19,100 nucleotides of DNA from a virus: the UHGV virus genome UHGV-0207576; one strand, 5' to 3'. Shown in pieces: positions 1 through 8,789 of this stretch. Positions within the stretch are counted from its first letter, which is position 1; each line of letters starts with the position of its first letter. A program made the position numbers and the translations under genes. The notes below the pieces were generated by a model. That model had not been told where the DNA came from. It made no database searches and worked only from the letters and a program-made list of their open reading frames with translations.

Positions 1-336
1 CTTGGTTTGGGAGAAGCGGCAAAACGGAATGTGGGAACAGGGGAAAATCAGATACCTGATATGTCATCATATGCATCAGGTTCAGGCTGGCGAAAAATGC
101 CAGATGGTTCAATTGAACAGTGGGGACGAATTAGTTTTCCTGGTGAACACGGGCCTGTATCCGCCAATGTTTCATTCCCGATTCCATTTACACAGACACC
201 GGGCATTGTAATTGTGTGCGATGGTGGTTTCGGGGGCGGGAATATGTGGGGGGCGACCAACTGGAGCACTACCGGCTTCATAGCTCACTGCAATTATGGT
301 CTTGAAGGTGGTGCGTTTTTCGCTAAGGGCTGGTAA
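1..336 (+). CDS. Alternative tail-fibre C-terminal variable exon (S'v-like), no own start codon; would be expressed only after inversion fuses it to the constant N-terminal part
   Basis: Frame 1 is open from position 1 ([17 protein letters not shown]...KGW stop at 334-336). Its first codons repeat the LGLGE motif encoded at the crossover site inside the minus-strand fibre gene. Gly-rich C terminus. Confidence 0.55.
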   Translation, partial: LGLGEAAKRNVGTGENQIPDMSSYASGSGWRKMPDGSIEQWGRISFPGEHGPVSANVSFPIPFTQTPGIVIVCDGGFGGGNMWGATNWSTTGFIAHCNYGLEGGAFFAKGW

Positions 337-779
337 TGATGAAATATCTGTACGTAAACAACCTGGCATATCCTTACGAACTTCAGTCTCTTTATGTTGA
401 AAAAGGTGAATGGCCTGAAGAAAAAGGTGTTGATATAGACGAAGTAATTTTCAGGGAATATTTCTATGACACACCACCAGAAGGAAAATACAGATGTGTT
501 GGAGAAGATGGACTGCCTGCATGGGCAGATATTCCTCCACCAACACGTGAAGAACAAATTGCATCAGCCGAAACTAAAAAGCAGCAATTGATTAACCAGG
601 CCAACGAATACATCAACAGTAAACAATGGCCAGGTAAAGCATCAATTGGTCGTCTGAAAGGTGAGGAACTGGTGCAATATAATTTGTGGCTGGATTATCT
701 GGACGCACTGGAACTGGTCGATACTTCCGGTGCGCCAGATATTGAATGGCCTACGCCTCCGGCAGTTCAGGCCAGATGA
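336..779 (+). CDS. Tail fibre assembly protein (U'/Tfa-like), partner of the alternative fibre exon
   Basis: 147 aa; ATG overlaps upstream stop (TAATG); C terminus ...[23 protein letters not shown] resembles the C terminus of the opposite-strand assembly protein; position matches U' of Mu G segment. Confidence 0.65.
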   Translation: MMKYLYVNNLAYPYELQSLYVEKGEWPEEKGVDIDEVIFREYFYDTPPEGKYRCVGEDGLPAWADIPPPTREEQIASAETKKQQLINQANEYINSKQWPGKASIGRLKGEELVQYNLWLDYLDALELVDTSGAPDIEWPTPPAVQAR

Positions 780-1356
780 CGTCCGGCGCTGTGCTGGTAT
801 CTGTTGCCGTCACCACGTCAATGTAATCCAGCACAGTGTTAAGCCGGGTTGTTTCTGCCTGCGTCAGTTTCCGTCCGGCCTTTAATTTCAGCTGAATCAG
901 ACTGATGGAAGCCATTGCAGCATCAATCAGTGACTGGCGCTGTGCTTCTGCCGCGTCTACTGCGGCGCTATGCTGTGCCTCAATATCGGTCACCCATTTC
1001 TCACCATCCCATTTATCGTATGGCGTTAACGGGGCGATAGTGGTCGTATTTTCAGGATAATCACCCGGACCTGTGATTTCTTTCGATTCTCCTGTTTCGG
1101 TGTTATAGACGATTTCACCGCGATGGTCTGGCACATATTCCCATGAGTTTAAATCCATCGAACGGCAGATAGCATAACCCGCCTTATGTGTGCCAGGGGC
1201 ATCTAAACAGGAATATGCAGGGATACCGACACCCACAGCAAGATATTCAGTTGATGCAGAAATATACTCCCGTGTCTCACTGTCATAGTTATAAACGGTA
1301 ATCTCTCCTGCCTTTGTGGCAATAAATTTACTATTCAAGATGGCGTTATACATCAT
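751..1356 (-). CDS. Tail fibre assembly protein (U/Tfa-like)
   Basis: 201 aa; start overlaps fibre gene stop (ATGA); C terminus ...[28 protein letters not shown] parallels the U' C terminus; 3' end overlaps the convergent U' gene by 29 bp. Confidence 0.65.
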   Translation of the reverse strand: MMYNAILNSKFIATKAGEITVYNYDSETREYISASTEYLAVGVGIPAYSCLDAPGTHKAGYAICRSMDLNSWEYVPDHRGEIVYNTETGESKEITGPGDYPENTTTIAPLTPYDKWDGEKWVTDIEAQHSAAVDAAEAQRQSLIDAAMASISLIQLKLKAGRKLTQAETTRLNTVLDYIDVVTATDTSTAPDVIWPELPEA

Positions 1357-2183
1357 GCAGCCCTCACAATGTAATTAAATGAAATATTACGTGGGCGTGT
1401 CTCTGCTGCACCGACAATACTGGTTCTCAACCCCGTCGCTGTTCGTTTGTTATTTTTATTTCCTTCAATCAGACAGTTGTAATCATCATTACCAATTAAC
1501 GAATTAGTGGCATCAATACCGTCCGGGGACAAGGCATTAGTTGTAGAACTTAAAGTCAGCATCTCGTCTGAACTTGGAAGATTTTTTAATGGTATTTCAT
1601 TGCGAGAAATACCCGCGTAAAAAAAGGACTCATGCCTGTGCGCTTCAAAAGAGTCATCCTGAAGACTTAGCAAGGCACGTCCCGCATCCACACCACGCCC
1701 GTCATCCCAGCCACGAATAAACTCACCACGTAAATCAGGCAATTTATTTGTCGGATAAGCCTTTGCCAGTTCCGGGTATTCTTCAGCAGAAAAAGCGGCA
1801 CCGTTGCATTTCAGCCAGCCTGTTGGCGGAGTGGCGGAAGGCCACGGAACAGGCACGCCAACGGGTAATGCCGAACCTTCTCCCAAACCAAGGTTTTCGA
1901 GAGCCGTTGGTACTGTGCCGTCCGATTTGATATCGCCAAACGGATTTTTGCGGCTTAACAGCAACGCGCGAAGCGCGGTAAGTAGCTGATCCGTTTTTTT
2001 GGGGTCAGGTTGAATATGTGCACCACCAAGAACATTAAGGAGTTCCTGCTGTAAATCACGGGCTGCCCCCTGCTGATTGTTTAAATAACCAGCAGTCACG
2101 AGGGTTCCTTCTATCCCCTGAGTGGGGTCACCATCATGAAACAATTGATCCGGTGTATTTATCGGGGGCATCAGATTTTGCAT
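1353..2183 (-). CDS. Tail fibre protein (S-like): constant N-terminal ~97 aa outside the invertible segment, variable C-terminal collar-type domain inside it
   Basis: 276 aa; motif PWP...[22 protein letters not shown]...[22 protein letters not shown]...H.H is a typical phage tail collar/fibre signature; the crossover site at 1878-1903 lies in-frame ([13 protein letters not shown]). Confidence 0.75.
   Translation of the reverse strand: MQNLMPPINTPDQLFHDGDPTQGIEGTLVTAGYLNNQQGAARDLQQELLNVLGGAHIQPDPKKTDQLLTALRALLLSRKNPFGDIKSDGTVPTALENLGLGEGSALPVGVPVPWPSATPPTGWLKCNGAAFSAEEYPELAKAYPTNKLPDLRGEFIRGWDDGRGVDAGRALLSLQDDSFEAHRHESFFYAGISRNEIPLKNLPSSDEMLTLSSTTNALSPDGIDATNSLIGNDDYNCLIEGNKNNKRTATGLRTSIVGAAETRPRNISFNYIVRAA
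1878..1903. other. Serine DNA-invertase crossover site (gix/cix/pix-like), right boundary of invertible segment
   Basis: ttctcccaaacc-aa-ggttttcgagag: a 26-bp imperfect palindrome with central AA, closely resembling Gin/Hin/Cin/Pin recombination sites as recalled (AAACC..GGTTT core); its inner half-site is repeated inverted at window positions 4-15. Confidence 0.7.
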
Positions 2184-2755
2184 TACTGCTCCTCCTTATA
2201 TGTGAAATGGCAATAAGTAAAAGCGGGTTTAAGGTCTTTAAATGTTTCTTCCAGTACAGGGGCACCAAAGGAAAGTAACGGCTCCCCGGCAGCAGATACT
2301 CCGGTTCTGAATCTGTAGGCTGGCGTTCTGCTTCCTGTGACATTAACCTGCCAAATCCATCGGACATCTGTTATATAGAGACGATCACCACATCGGTTTA
2401 TCCCCGCTCTGAATGGATGAAGTTCAGTAATTGTTATGGTGTACCCGAGGCTGGCTGCAAGTTGTTTAAAATAAGGGATAGATAACCCACCAGTTGCAGC
2501 CATCTTTATAAGAATATTTTCTCGGCGTTCCTGCTGTGTGGCACCGTCGCGGGGTATTACTCCATACACTCGTTCCCAGTCAGACAGCGTCATGGATGCG
2601 TAAAATGGTGTGACAGATGCAAGCACTCGTGCAGCTGACGCTTTTACTTCATCCATAATGGCTGCTTCTGCGTTCAGTTCTGCTGAAATATATTTCCCGT
2701 TCGGGTCATAGCTGACCGGTGGTAACATGGCACGAAATAAATCAACCGTATTCAT
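2183..2755 (-). CDS. Tail/baseplate protein, Mu gp48-like (DUF2313/YmfQ-like)
   Basis: 190 aa; sits between the baseplate J-like gene and the tail fibre gene as in Mu and e14; stop overlaps fibre start. Confidence 0.55.
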   Translation of the reverse strand: MNTVDLFRAMLPPVSYDPNGKYISAELNAEAAIMDEVKASAARVLASVTPFYASMTLSDWERVYGVIPRDGATQQERRENILIKMAATGGLSIPYFKQLAASLGYTITITELHPFRAGINRCGDRLYITDVRWIWQVNVTGSRTPAYRFRTGVSAAGEPLLSFGAPVLEETFKDLKPAFTYCHFTYKEEQ

Positions 2756-2758
2756 GTA

Positions 2759-3838
2759 TTAACTCTCCCGGGGAAATGGCTGGATATCAATACTCCCCGG
2801 ACGCAGCCACTCCCATGTGGATTCATTGACAACTGCTTTTACATTATCTGACGGCATAATAATTCGCCGGTCACTGACGCCAGAAATTAATGAAATCTGA
2901 GTTTCCAGTTGTGAAATAATTAATTCCTGCCCCGGCTCCAGCCGGTTCATAAAATCCGTGATAACTTCAGTTATCTGTGGTTTTATCTGTTCAACAGTAA
3001 GACCACTGGTTTTTACCCGGACAACGAAATCAACGGCTTTTTTCGTCGGGGCCAGCACCATCGTGTCCTTCGCTGTCACCGGGCGGACTTCCTCAATATG
3101 TGCCAGCACGGCATTAATCAGTTCCTGCGAAGGGAGGTCATTGGCTGACGTAATGGCCACATCAACCGTCCCCAGTCCACGACGCAACGGCTCCACATAC
3201 GCAGACGTAACGCCATCCACTTCCAGCGCCCAGCGTTTGTAATCATATTTATTACCGCCAGCGGGCGGCCTGCGCAGAATATCCAGATAACGCGCCAGCA
3301 GGTCGGCGTCGCTTTCCCTGTCCGTTCCGCCGGTCAGGGATTTAATCGTCACCGTGCTGTTGATGCCTTCAGGTGGGCTGACCAGCGTTGCCGTCTGCGT
3401 CGTGGATGCATTCGTCTGTGCACCCGTGGCAGTGCTTTTTACCGTCACCTCTGCGCTGCCTTCATCACCGACGGTGCAGTCTGCTGCGGTGGCCACGCTG
3501 ACACCTTCACCACGAATTTCCGCACCGGCTGGCAGCGTCTTACCGGGTGTGCCGGTAATCACTGCCGGACCGGATGAGGCCGTTGCTTTTTTACGAAAAA
3601 CATTGCGCGTGCGGCAGTGCAACTCCAGATATTCAGGGTCTGCCGTATCAGGAAACACCTGACGGAGTATCCACCCCTGATGCATATACAGTCCGTCCGC
3701 CACGCCGGATACGGCATTTGCACGAATGCGGTAATCGCTGTCAGCGCCGGTGTCGATGGTTTCGCCCGGCAGGGCGTTAGCGATATCACGTAGCTGGCGT
3801 TCTGTGTTTTCAGCAACGCCCGGAACAGGAAACGGCAT
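2759..3838 (-). CDS. Baseplate J-like protein (Mu gp47 / P2 gpJ family)
   Basis: About 359 aa from ATG at 3836-3838 (GAGGA Shine-Dalgarno 8 nt upstream; the longer ORF to 3862 starts on TTG and overlaps the upstream stop). Size and position match baseplate wedge J. Confidence 0.65.
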   Translation of the reverse strand: MPFPVPGVAENTERQLRDIANALPGETIDTGADSDYRIRANAVSGVADGLYMHQGWILRQVFPDTADPEYLELHCRTRNVFRKKATASSGPAVITGTPGKTLPAGAEIRGEGVSVATAADCTVGDEGSAEVTVKSTATGAQTNASTTQTATLVSPPEGINSTVTIKSLTGGTDRESDADLLARYLDILRRPPAGGNKYDYKRWALEVDGVTSAYVEPLRRGLGTVDVAITSANDLPSQELINAVLAHIEEVRPVTAKDTMVLAPTKKAVDFVVRVKTSGLTVEQIKPQITEVITDFMNRLEPGQELIISQLETQISLISGVSDRRIIMPSDNVKAVVNESTWEWLRPGSIDIQPFPRES

Positions 3839-3848
3839 TACATAATCC

Positions 3849-4187
3849 TCACAGGTGTTCAAACGTCTGCGGTGTGCCCGCGTTATCCGTGACGGTGATT
3901 AACAGCAACAACCAGCCGCGCTGCCCCGGTTTTGTGTCAACGGTAATGGATTTTGCCCGCCCGTCATCGAGCAGGGGCTGAAGTGCCTGGCTGGCATACT
4001 GCGCCGCAAGCTTATGAACACGGGAAACGTCTTTTTCCCGCTTCAGCTCGTGCAGGCGTGACCCCAGCGACGCATCCGCCCAGTAACTGCCAAGCGGCGT
4101 CGCCAGTCGCAGATAAACCGCGTTATGAAGGGTATAAATCCGACGGCGTTCGTAGTCGCCGGTTGCAGGTGAAATCGTCTGGTCCAT
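3849..4187 (-). CDS. Baseplate protein, Mu gp46-like (P2 gpW-like)
   Basis: 112 aa; small protein between the V-like spike and the J-like wedge, the conserved gp45-gp46-gp47 order. Confidence 0.5.
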   Translation of the reverse strand: MDQTISPATGDYERRRIYTLHNAVYLRLATPLGSYWADASLGSRLHELKREKDVSRVHKLAAQYASQALQPLLDDGRAKSITVDTKPGQRGWLLLLITVTDNAGTPQTFEHL

Positions 4188-4240
4188 GCCGCCAGTCTGG
4201 CAGCATGGACAGGTCAGAATCAGGTGAGGGTGTTCAGCAC

Positions 4241-4894
4241 TTAATTAACCGGCGTGTCAGACATGCCGTGTGGGGTTGGATGTTTGTGCGTTCCGATTTT
4301 AACGCCATTAATGGTGACGTCAACGGAGGTAATCACTCCACCCACATGGTTGATATCGCCTTCAAAGGTGGCAGTGTATCCCTTGCCCCCACTGATGGCC
4401 ATGCCACCGTTGCCGGTGATTTTGCCTTCCACCGTCAGCCTGTCACTGGCTGTCAGTAACGGTGTCGTGAATGTGGCGTTCTCCTCTGCCTCAACCTCGT
4501 AGCGTTTGCATTTCACGCGATAAACGTCACATTCGGTTTCAATAACCCGTCCGCGCTTCAGTACGATTTTCGCGCCTTCATCGGTATACAGGGCCACTTC
4601 CCCGGGTTTCAGTTCCGTCAGACGATATGCGCCGTGCTCTGTGGCCACCACGACAGTATGAGAGGTATTGCCGTTCAGCGGAACGGCAATACCCATTGAG
4701 CCGGGCGGCGGGGATGTGGTGAGGCCGTAATGCTGAAAATACTCCGCACCGTCCAGCTGTTCGCCTGCCAGCCCGTTAAGCTGAAGCAGCTGTACTTTGG
4801 TCGAACTGTCCACCGTACCGGTCACCACCCTGAATGCCTGGCGAACGGCGGCCAGTGCCTGCTGTACGCGCTGATTAACTTTGTCCCACATCAT
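4241..4894 (-). CDS. Baseplate assembly protein V / central spike (Mu gp45-like)
   Basis: 217 aa; start overlaps upstream stop (ATGA); C-terminal ...VTINGVKIGTHKHPTPHG resembles gpV-type spike tips; size and position match Mu gp45. Confidence 0.65.
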   Translation of the reverse strand: MMWDKVNQRVQQALAAVRQAFRVVTGTVDSSTKVQLLQLNGLAGEQLDGAEYFQHYGLTTSPPPGSMGIAVPLNGNTSHTVVVATEHGAYRLTELKPGEVALYTDEGAKIVLKRGRVIETECDVYRVKCKRYEVEAEENATFTTPLLTASDRLTVEGKITGNGGMAISGGKGYTATFEGDINHVGGVITSVDVTINGVKIGTHKHPTPHGMSDTPVN

Positions 4895-6102
4895 TTCTCC
4901 CAGACCTTAACAATGGCGACCTCTTTTTTCTTTTTGCCCCTGCGGTGATGGCGTTTCTTCTCGCGCGGGAAGGCATCAGGTATCCACACGCCGTCCTCTT
5001 TAAAGCGGAGCCGGGTTGTCTGCCCGTTTCGGCCTCCGCTGAACTCACGCCCCATCAGGAAAAAGATGGCATCAATGCCGTGGAGTTCGCTGACAATCCG
5101 CACCCGCTGGCCGGGCTGCCACAGAACACCATCTGCCGTGCGATGACCTGCAACCAGCGCGACGATATCCAGCCCCGACAGGCGGGCATCACTCATCATT
5201 TTTTTTGCGCGCCAGTTCACCTGCTCCAGATTGCTGGTGTCGCCCTGGGTGATTATCTGCGGGCGGTAATAATCCACGGTGGGGTCGGTGGCAACGGCTT
5301 TCATGTTATGAATGCCTGTCTGGCCACTGTCCGTATTACCGCTGTCCTGCCCGGACAATGTGCGCACGCTGCCGTCCTCGTTCCAGATATCCAGCGGCAC
5401 CACGGCCACCTGTTTCTTGCTGTCTGCGCGGCGGGCGTGGCTCTGGGCCAGCACAGTAAGTTCGGAGAAACAGCCGTTAATGGACCGGGTATCGTCCAGC
5501 TCCATCACGTTGTTCCCGGTGCCGTTCAGCTTCAGAATCAGCGTATCCACCGGCGTGGTGGTGTAGTCAGGGCCACCCACAACCAGCGTCCCGTCAGGCT
5601 CAAACCACGGCCATAAGCCGCGACCGGCGGCAGCTTTGGCCAGTGCATCCCACGCACGCATCCCCGGCTCAATAACGACTTTGTCATTACGTGACACACC
5701 GGACGCCTGAATACGGATGCGCTGTATCCCCAGCGGTCTGACAATCCTGTCGATGACCTCGTCCAGCGTCAGCTGGTTGGCGCTGAACACTGGCGCGGCA
5801 CAGTCCACCAGGATGGCGGCATCATCACGCCCGGACAGGGTCAGCGTGCAGCTCTGACGGGATACACTGCGGCGCACGCTGTCTATGCGCCCACTGAGCA
5901 CCGTTTCGTCTCCCACCTGCAACCGGATTTGTGCGCCCCGGACGATATCCGCCGGGAACACCTTTTCAGGCAGCCCCAGCTGAAGCTGCCAGCCGTCGGC
6001 AGCTTTCAGGAAATCGCTGTCAATACGATAACTGTTCCAGTCAGAATGCGACCTTCCGGCAATGACCAGGCTGATTTTGTCTTCGTTATTTTGCGTAGGC
6101 AT
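4891..6102 (-). CDS. Tail/baseplate hub protein (Mu gp44 P-like, P2 gpD late-control-D family)
   Basis: 403 aa; position between gp43-like and gp45-like genes; unusual Lys/Arg-rich C-terminal tail (EKKRHHRRGKKKKEVAIVKVWEK). Confidence 0.6.
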   Translation of the reverse strand: MPTQNNEDKISLVIAGRSHSDWNSYRIDSDFLKAADGWQLQLGLPEKVFPADIVRGAQIRLQVGDETVLSGRIDSVRRSVSRQSCTLTLSGRDDAAILVDCAAPVFSANQLTLDEVIDRIVRPLGIQRIRIQASGVSRNDKVVIEPGMRAWDALAKAAAGRGLWPWFEPDGTLVVGGPDYTTTPVDTLILKLNGTGNNVMELDDTRSINGCFSELTVLAQSHARRADSKKQVAVVPLDIWNEDGSVRTLSGQDSGNTDSGQTGIHNMKAVATDPTVDYYRPQIITQGDTSNLEQVNWRAKKMMSDARLSGLDIVALVAGHRTADGVLWQPGQRVRIVSELHGIDAIFFLMGREFSGGRNGQTTRLRFKEDGVWIPDAFPREKKRHHRRGKKKKEVAIVKVWEK

Positions 6103-6937
6103 TAATGACCACCCCGGCGGTTATGTTGTTCGGGTCACGCAGCTGCGGGTTCAGACGTTGCAGTTCTGCCGCACGACTGTAATCACCGTACCACTGCCAC
6201 GCCAGCAACAGCAGACAGCTGTCCGCCTGCACCTGTTTCTGCATCAGCGGTGGGCGGCGTGACAGAACCAGCAGGCCGACATCCTGCACGGATGCCGCCA
6301 CGTTTTTCATGCTCTGAATGATTTCCGGGTACATCAGCCCCAGCGGTGATGCGGTTTCGGTTATCCGTTCGCGTTCGCCTTCATAGCGTTCACGGAACAG
6401 CGTGATGGCAGCCTGTAAGCGGGTGCGCACATCCCCGACCAGTCGCCCGATATCCGCCGGTATAAGCTGTTCTGACTGCGCATCATCAACCAGTATCGCC
6501 ATTGCAACACTGGCCAGTTCAGATGCGGCCTGTGTTGCGTAAACTGCTTTCACATCCTGCACATCGTCTGGCGAGGCATCCGCAGGAAGTACCACCTCCG
6601 GTACTTTATCGCCACTGACCAGGGCAACAGGCAGCGCAACAAATTCATCCATATCAGTGATGACCTTATTCCAGCAGTTCATCACTGTCGCAGAACTGGC
6701 GACGGTCGTCTCTCCTGCCAACCCGGTCCGGGTGGCAGAATCAACACGTTGCAGAACCGGCACCGGTTGCCCGACATCTGATGTGTGGATTTCCAGCACC
6801 TCTGCCAGTCCATTGATAAATTTTCCGGGTTCGCCTGCCAGTGACACGATATTATCGACAGTGGAGACAAAATCACTTTTGAACGACAGCAGGGTATTCA
6901 CCAGTGTGGCACGCACTGTCTGGGCTTTTTTAATCAT
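6086..6937 (-). CDS. Tail protein, Mu gp43 (N, DNA circulation)-like; C-terminal region resembles the LysM-like fold of P2 gpX
   Basis: 283 aa; C terminus ...LLLLAWQWYGDYSRAAELQRLNPQLRDPNNITAGVV resembles a LysM/gpX-like motif; lies immediately after the tape measure. Confidence 0.45.
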   Translation of the reverse strand: MIKKAQTVRATLVNTLLSFKSDFVSTVDNIVSLAGEPGKFINGLAEVLEIHTSDVGQPVPVLQRVDSATRTGLAGETTVASSATVMNCWNKVITDMDEFVALPVALVSGDKVPEVVLPADASPDDVQDVKAVYATQAASELASVAMAILVDDAQSEQLIPADIGRLVGDVRTRLQAAITLFRERYEGERERITETASPLGLMYPEIIQSMKNVAASVQDVGLLVLSRRPPLMQKQVQADSCLLLLAWQWYGDYSRAAELQRLNPQLRDPNNITAGVVINAYAK

Positions 6938-6941
6938 GCTG

Positions 6942-8336
6942 TTAACGGTATTTAAAGGTGCAGTAAGCCAGGATTGCCTTCAGTGCCTGCATATCACCAA
7001 CAAGCTCACCAACACCGAACCCCTCAAGAATTTTCGCCATAGACTCTAGGATTTTGTCCTGCTGGCCTTTGTCTTTTGTTGCTGCCAGACGCTTCTGAAG
7101 CTCCTGATATTGTTTGTTGTTCGCGGTGACTTTATCAGTGAGGCGTGAAAATGCTTCTATCGGATCAATGCCGTTTTCCATAGCTCGGGTCAACGTACCA
7201 GGTAGATCAATACCTTTGCCATCAATCGTGATGCTTTTCGCCCTTGTTGCTGATTCACTACTGAAAAGTTTGGCCAGCAGGTTTACAACGTTATTACCTG
7301 CTTCACTGCTGCTGCCTGCGGCAATCCCTGCGACCTCATTAAATGCCAGTAATTTCTGGAGTCCATCCAGTCCTTTCATTCCGGCGTTACCAGCTAACGC
7401 CATCTGAGGTCCAAGATATTCCGCCATATCCCGTAGCTCAAAATTACCCGCTTTACCTGCTGCGACAGCCATATTAAACATGGCCGGGAGGTCGTCATCT
7501 GTCAGTCCAAATGTTTGTTTAGCTTTGGCCGCCATAGTGACCAGATCGCGTGGAGATGCGCCGGATGCAGTAGCAAATTTCATAATCTGCGGTAAGAGAT
7601 TATTCGCGGTATCCCAGGAAAAAGCGCCGCTGGCCAACATCTCATTCATTGCTTCAGCTGCATCCTCTTTCGTTCCGCCACCATACGTTACCGCCGCGCG
7701 GATACTGTTTTTCAGCTTTTCACGCCCAAACTGCCTGCCTTCCAGACCACCATCACTGAACGCCGTGTTCGCCATCATGCTGAGCTGACGTTCATAACTC
7801 ATTTGATTTCTGACTGGTTGCGTCATAATGGCGGCCCCTGCCATAATTCCGCCGCCTATTGTCACGGCATTCCCGCCAAATGCAGCCGCACGGGCAAAAC
7901 GCCCCCGTTCAGGGATAACAGGCGTTTTCGCCATCTTCATCTGAGCCTGAGTGACGCCATCCAGTTCACGCTTGAGTGCCCGGGCTTTTTCCCGGGTGGC
8001 CTGCATGGCGCGCTCCTGCTCCTGCGCAGATTCAAAACCGGCGCGGGCCAGACGGTTATAGCTGGCAACCGTCTGATAAATTTCACGCCGGATCTCGCGT
8101 TCTGCACGAATACCGAGCGTTTCCCGGGCACGGGCGGCACGCTGTATCTCTTTTGCCGCCTTTTTCGTGCTGTTAACGCTTTCCTGCCCGGTACGCGTCT
8201 GCTCTGCGCCTGCCTTCCGGGTTGCCTTTGTTACACCTTCGGTGGCTTTGATAACCTGTTTTTGTCCCTTTTCCAGAACCTGCGAGGCTTCGTCCTTCGC
8301 AGTCAGGGTCATGCCAACTTTGAAATTACCGGCCAT
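6942..8336 (-). CDS. Tail tape measure protein
   Basis: 464 aa; Ala/Gly-rich, charged coiled-coil N-terminal region, central GGxxxG-type hydrophobic stretch (AAAFGGNAVTIGGGIMAGAAIM), typical tape measure composition; preceded by a chaperone gene with an overlapping alternative frame. Confidence 0.8.
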   Translation of the reverse strand: MAGNFKVGMTLTAKDEASQVLEKGQKQVIKATEGVTKATRKAGAEQTRTGQESVNSTKKAAKEIQRAARARETLGIRAEREIRREIYQTVASYNRLARAGFESAQEQERAMQATREKARALKRELDGVTQAQMKMAKTPVIPERGRFARAAAFGGNAVTIGGGIMAGAAIMTQPVRNQMSYERQLSMMANTAFSDGGLEGRQFGREKLKNSIRAAVTYGGGTKEDAAEAMNEMLASGAFSWDTANNLLPQIMKFATASGASPRDLVTMAAKAKQTFGLTDDDLPAMFNMAVAAGKAGNFELRDMAEYLGPQMALAGNAGMKGLDGLQKLLAFNEVAGIAAGSSSEAGNNVVNLLAKLFSSESATRAKSITIDGKGIDLPGTLTRAMENGIDPIEAFSRLTDKVTANNKQYQELQKRLAATKDKGQQDKILESMAKILEGFGVGELVGDMQALKAILAYCTFKYR

Positions 8337-8498
8337 TTTTCTGTTTACCTTTTCTGCGTTTCTTTCTGAGGGATTTAAATGACTGGCGGGTGGTCTGTGA
8401 GGTGTCCTTTCTTCCTGAGCCGCCGCCGTTCAGCCTGTCAACGGCGGCAAGCCAGCCGTCCAGCTCGGGACGGCTCATGGTCATGATTTGTTCTTCAG

Positions 8499-8789
8499 TT
8501 ATTCCGTAGCGCCCGAGGATAAGGACTGCGAGCCGGAGTCCGGCGAGCCGGGATTCCCGCCGCTCCGCTTTACCTTCAGGACGTTGCGTGATGCCAGCAG
8601 AATATTAAAATCTTCCGGCGTCATGTTGTCGTGCAACAGCTCCGCCGTCAGTTCTTCCTGCGGAATATCCCCCAGACGGACCAGCGTTGCCGCCATTACC
8701 GCACAGCGGTAGTAATAATCCGCCGCGAAGCCGTCCACTGTCTGAAAGCGTTCTTCAGTTTCTTCCAGTGCCTGCCCGTTATCACGCAT
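8499..8789 (-). CDS. Tail assembly chaperone (P2 gpE / Mu gp41-like), probably lacking its original N terminus
   Basis: 96 aa from ATG; the frame stays open 29 codons upstream (TGIATQTGELSDGLVFNGTIHKNFELRLPV) with a gpE-like pattern but no start codon; acidic LTAELLHDNMTPEDFNILL region; lies directly upstream of tape measure. Confidence 0.5.
   Translation of the reverse strand: MRDNGQALEETEERFQTVDGFAADYYYRCAVMAATLVRLGDIPQEELTAELLHDNMTPEDFNILLASRNVLKVKRSGGNPGSPDSGSQSLSSGATE

Larger units (their letters stand above)
1..1891. other. Invertible tail-fibre segment (G/P-segment-like), bounded by inverted crossover sites; left site runs off the window start
   Basis: Positions 1-16 (cttggtttgggagaag) are the exact reverse complement of 1877-1892. 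The segment holds two convergent tail-fibre-assembly genes and two alternative fibre C-terminal exons in opposite orientation. Confidence 0.7.

Noticed and set aside
4945-5616. Long plus-strand ORFs (223 aa here; also 3953-4459, 7803-8369, 11974-12453, 13454-13906, 9487-9897, 6657-7049) antisense to the minus-strand phage genes
   Set aside because: Each lies entirely within a well-supported minus-strand gene with recognisable protein features. Their translations are Arg/Pro/Cys/His-rich with no motifs or ribosome-binding sites, as expected for shadow ORFs opposite GC-rich coding sequence.
6086-8336. Tape measure (464 aa) and following 283-aa ORF as two halves of one tape measure gene split by a mutation
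   Set aside because: The downstream frame hits a stop 14 codons upstream of its ATG, so there is no long frame overlap suggesting a recent frameshift. The 283-aa protein also ends in a LysM-like motif expected for a gp43/gpX-type protein, not a tape measure C terminus. Treated as separate genes.
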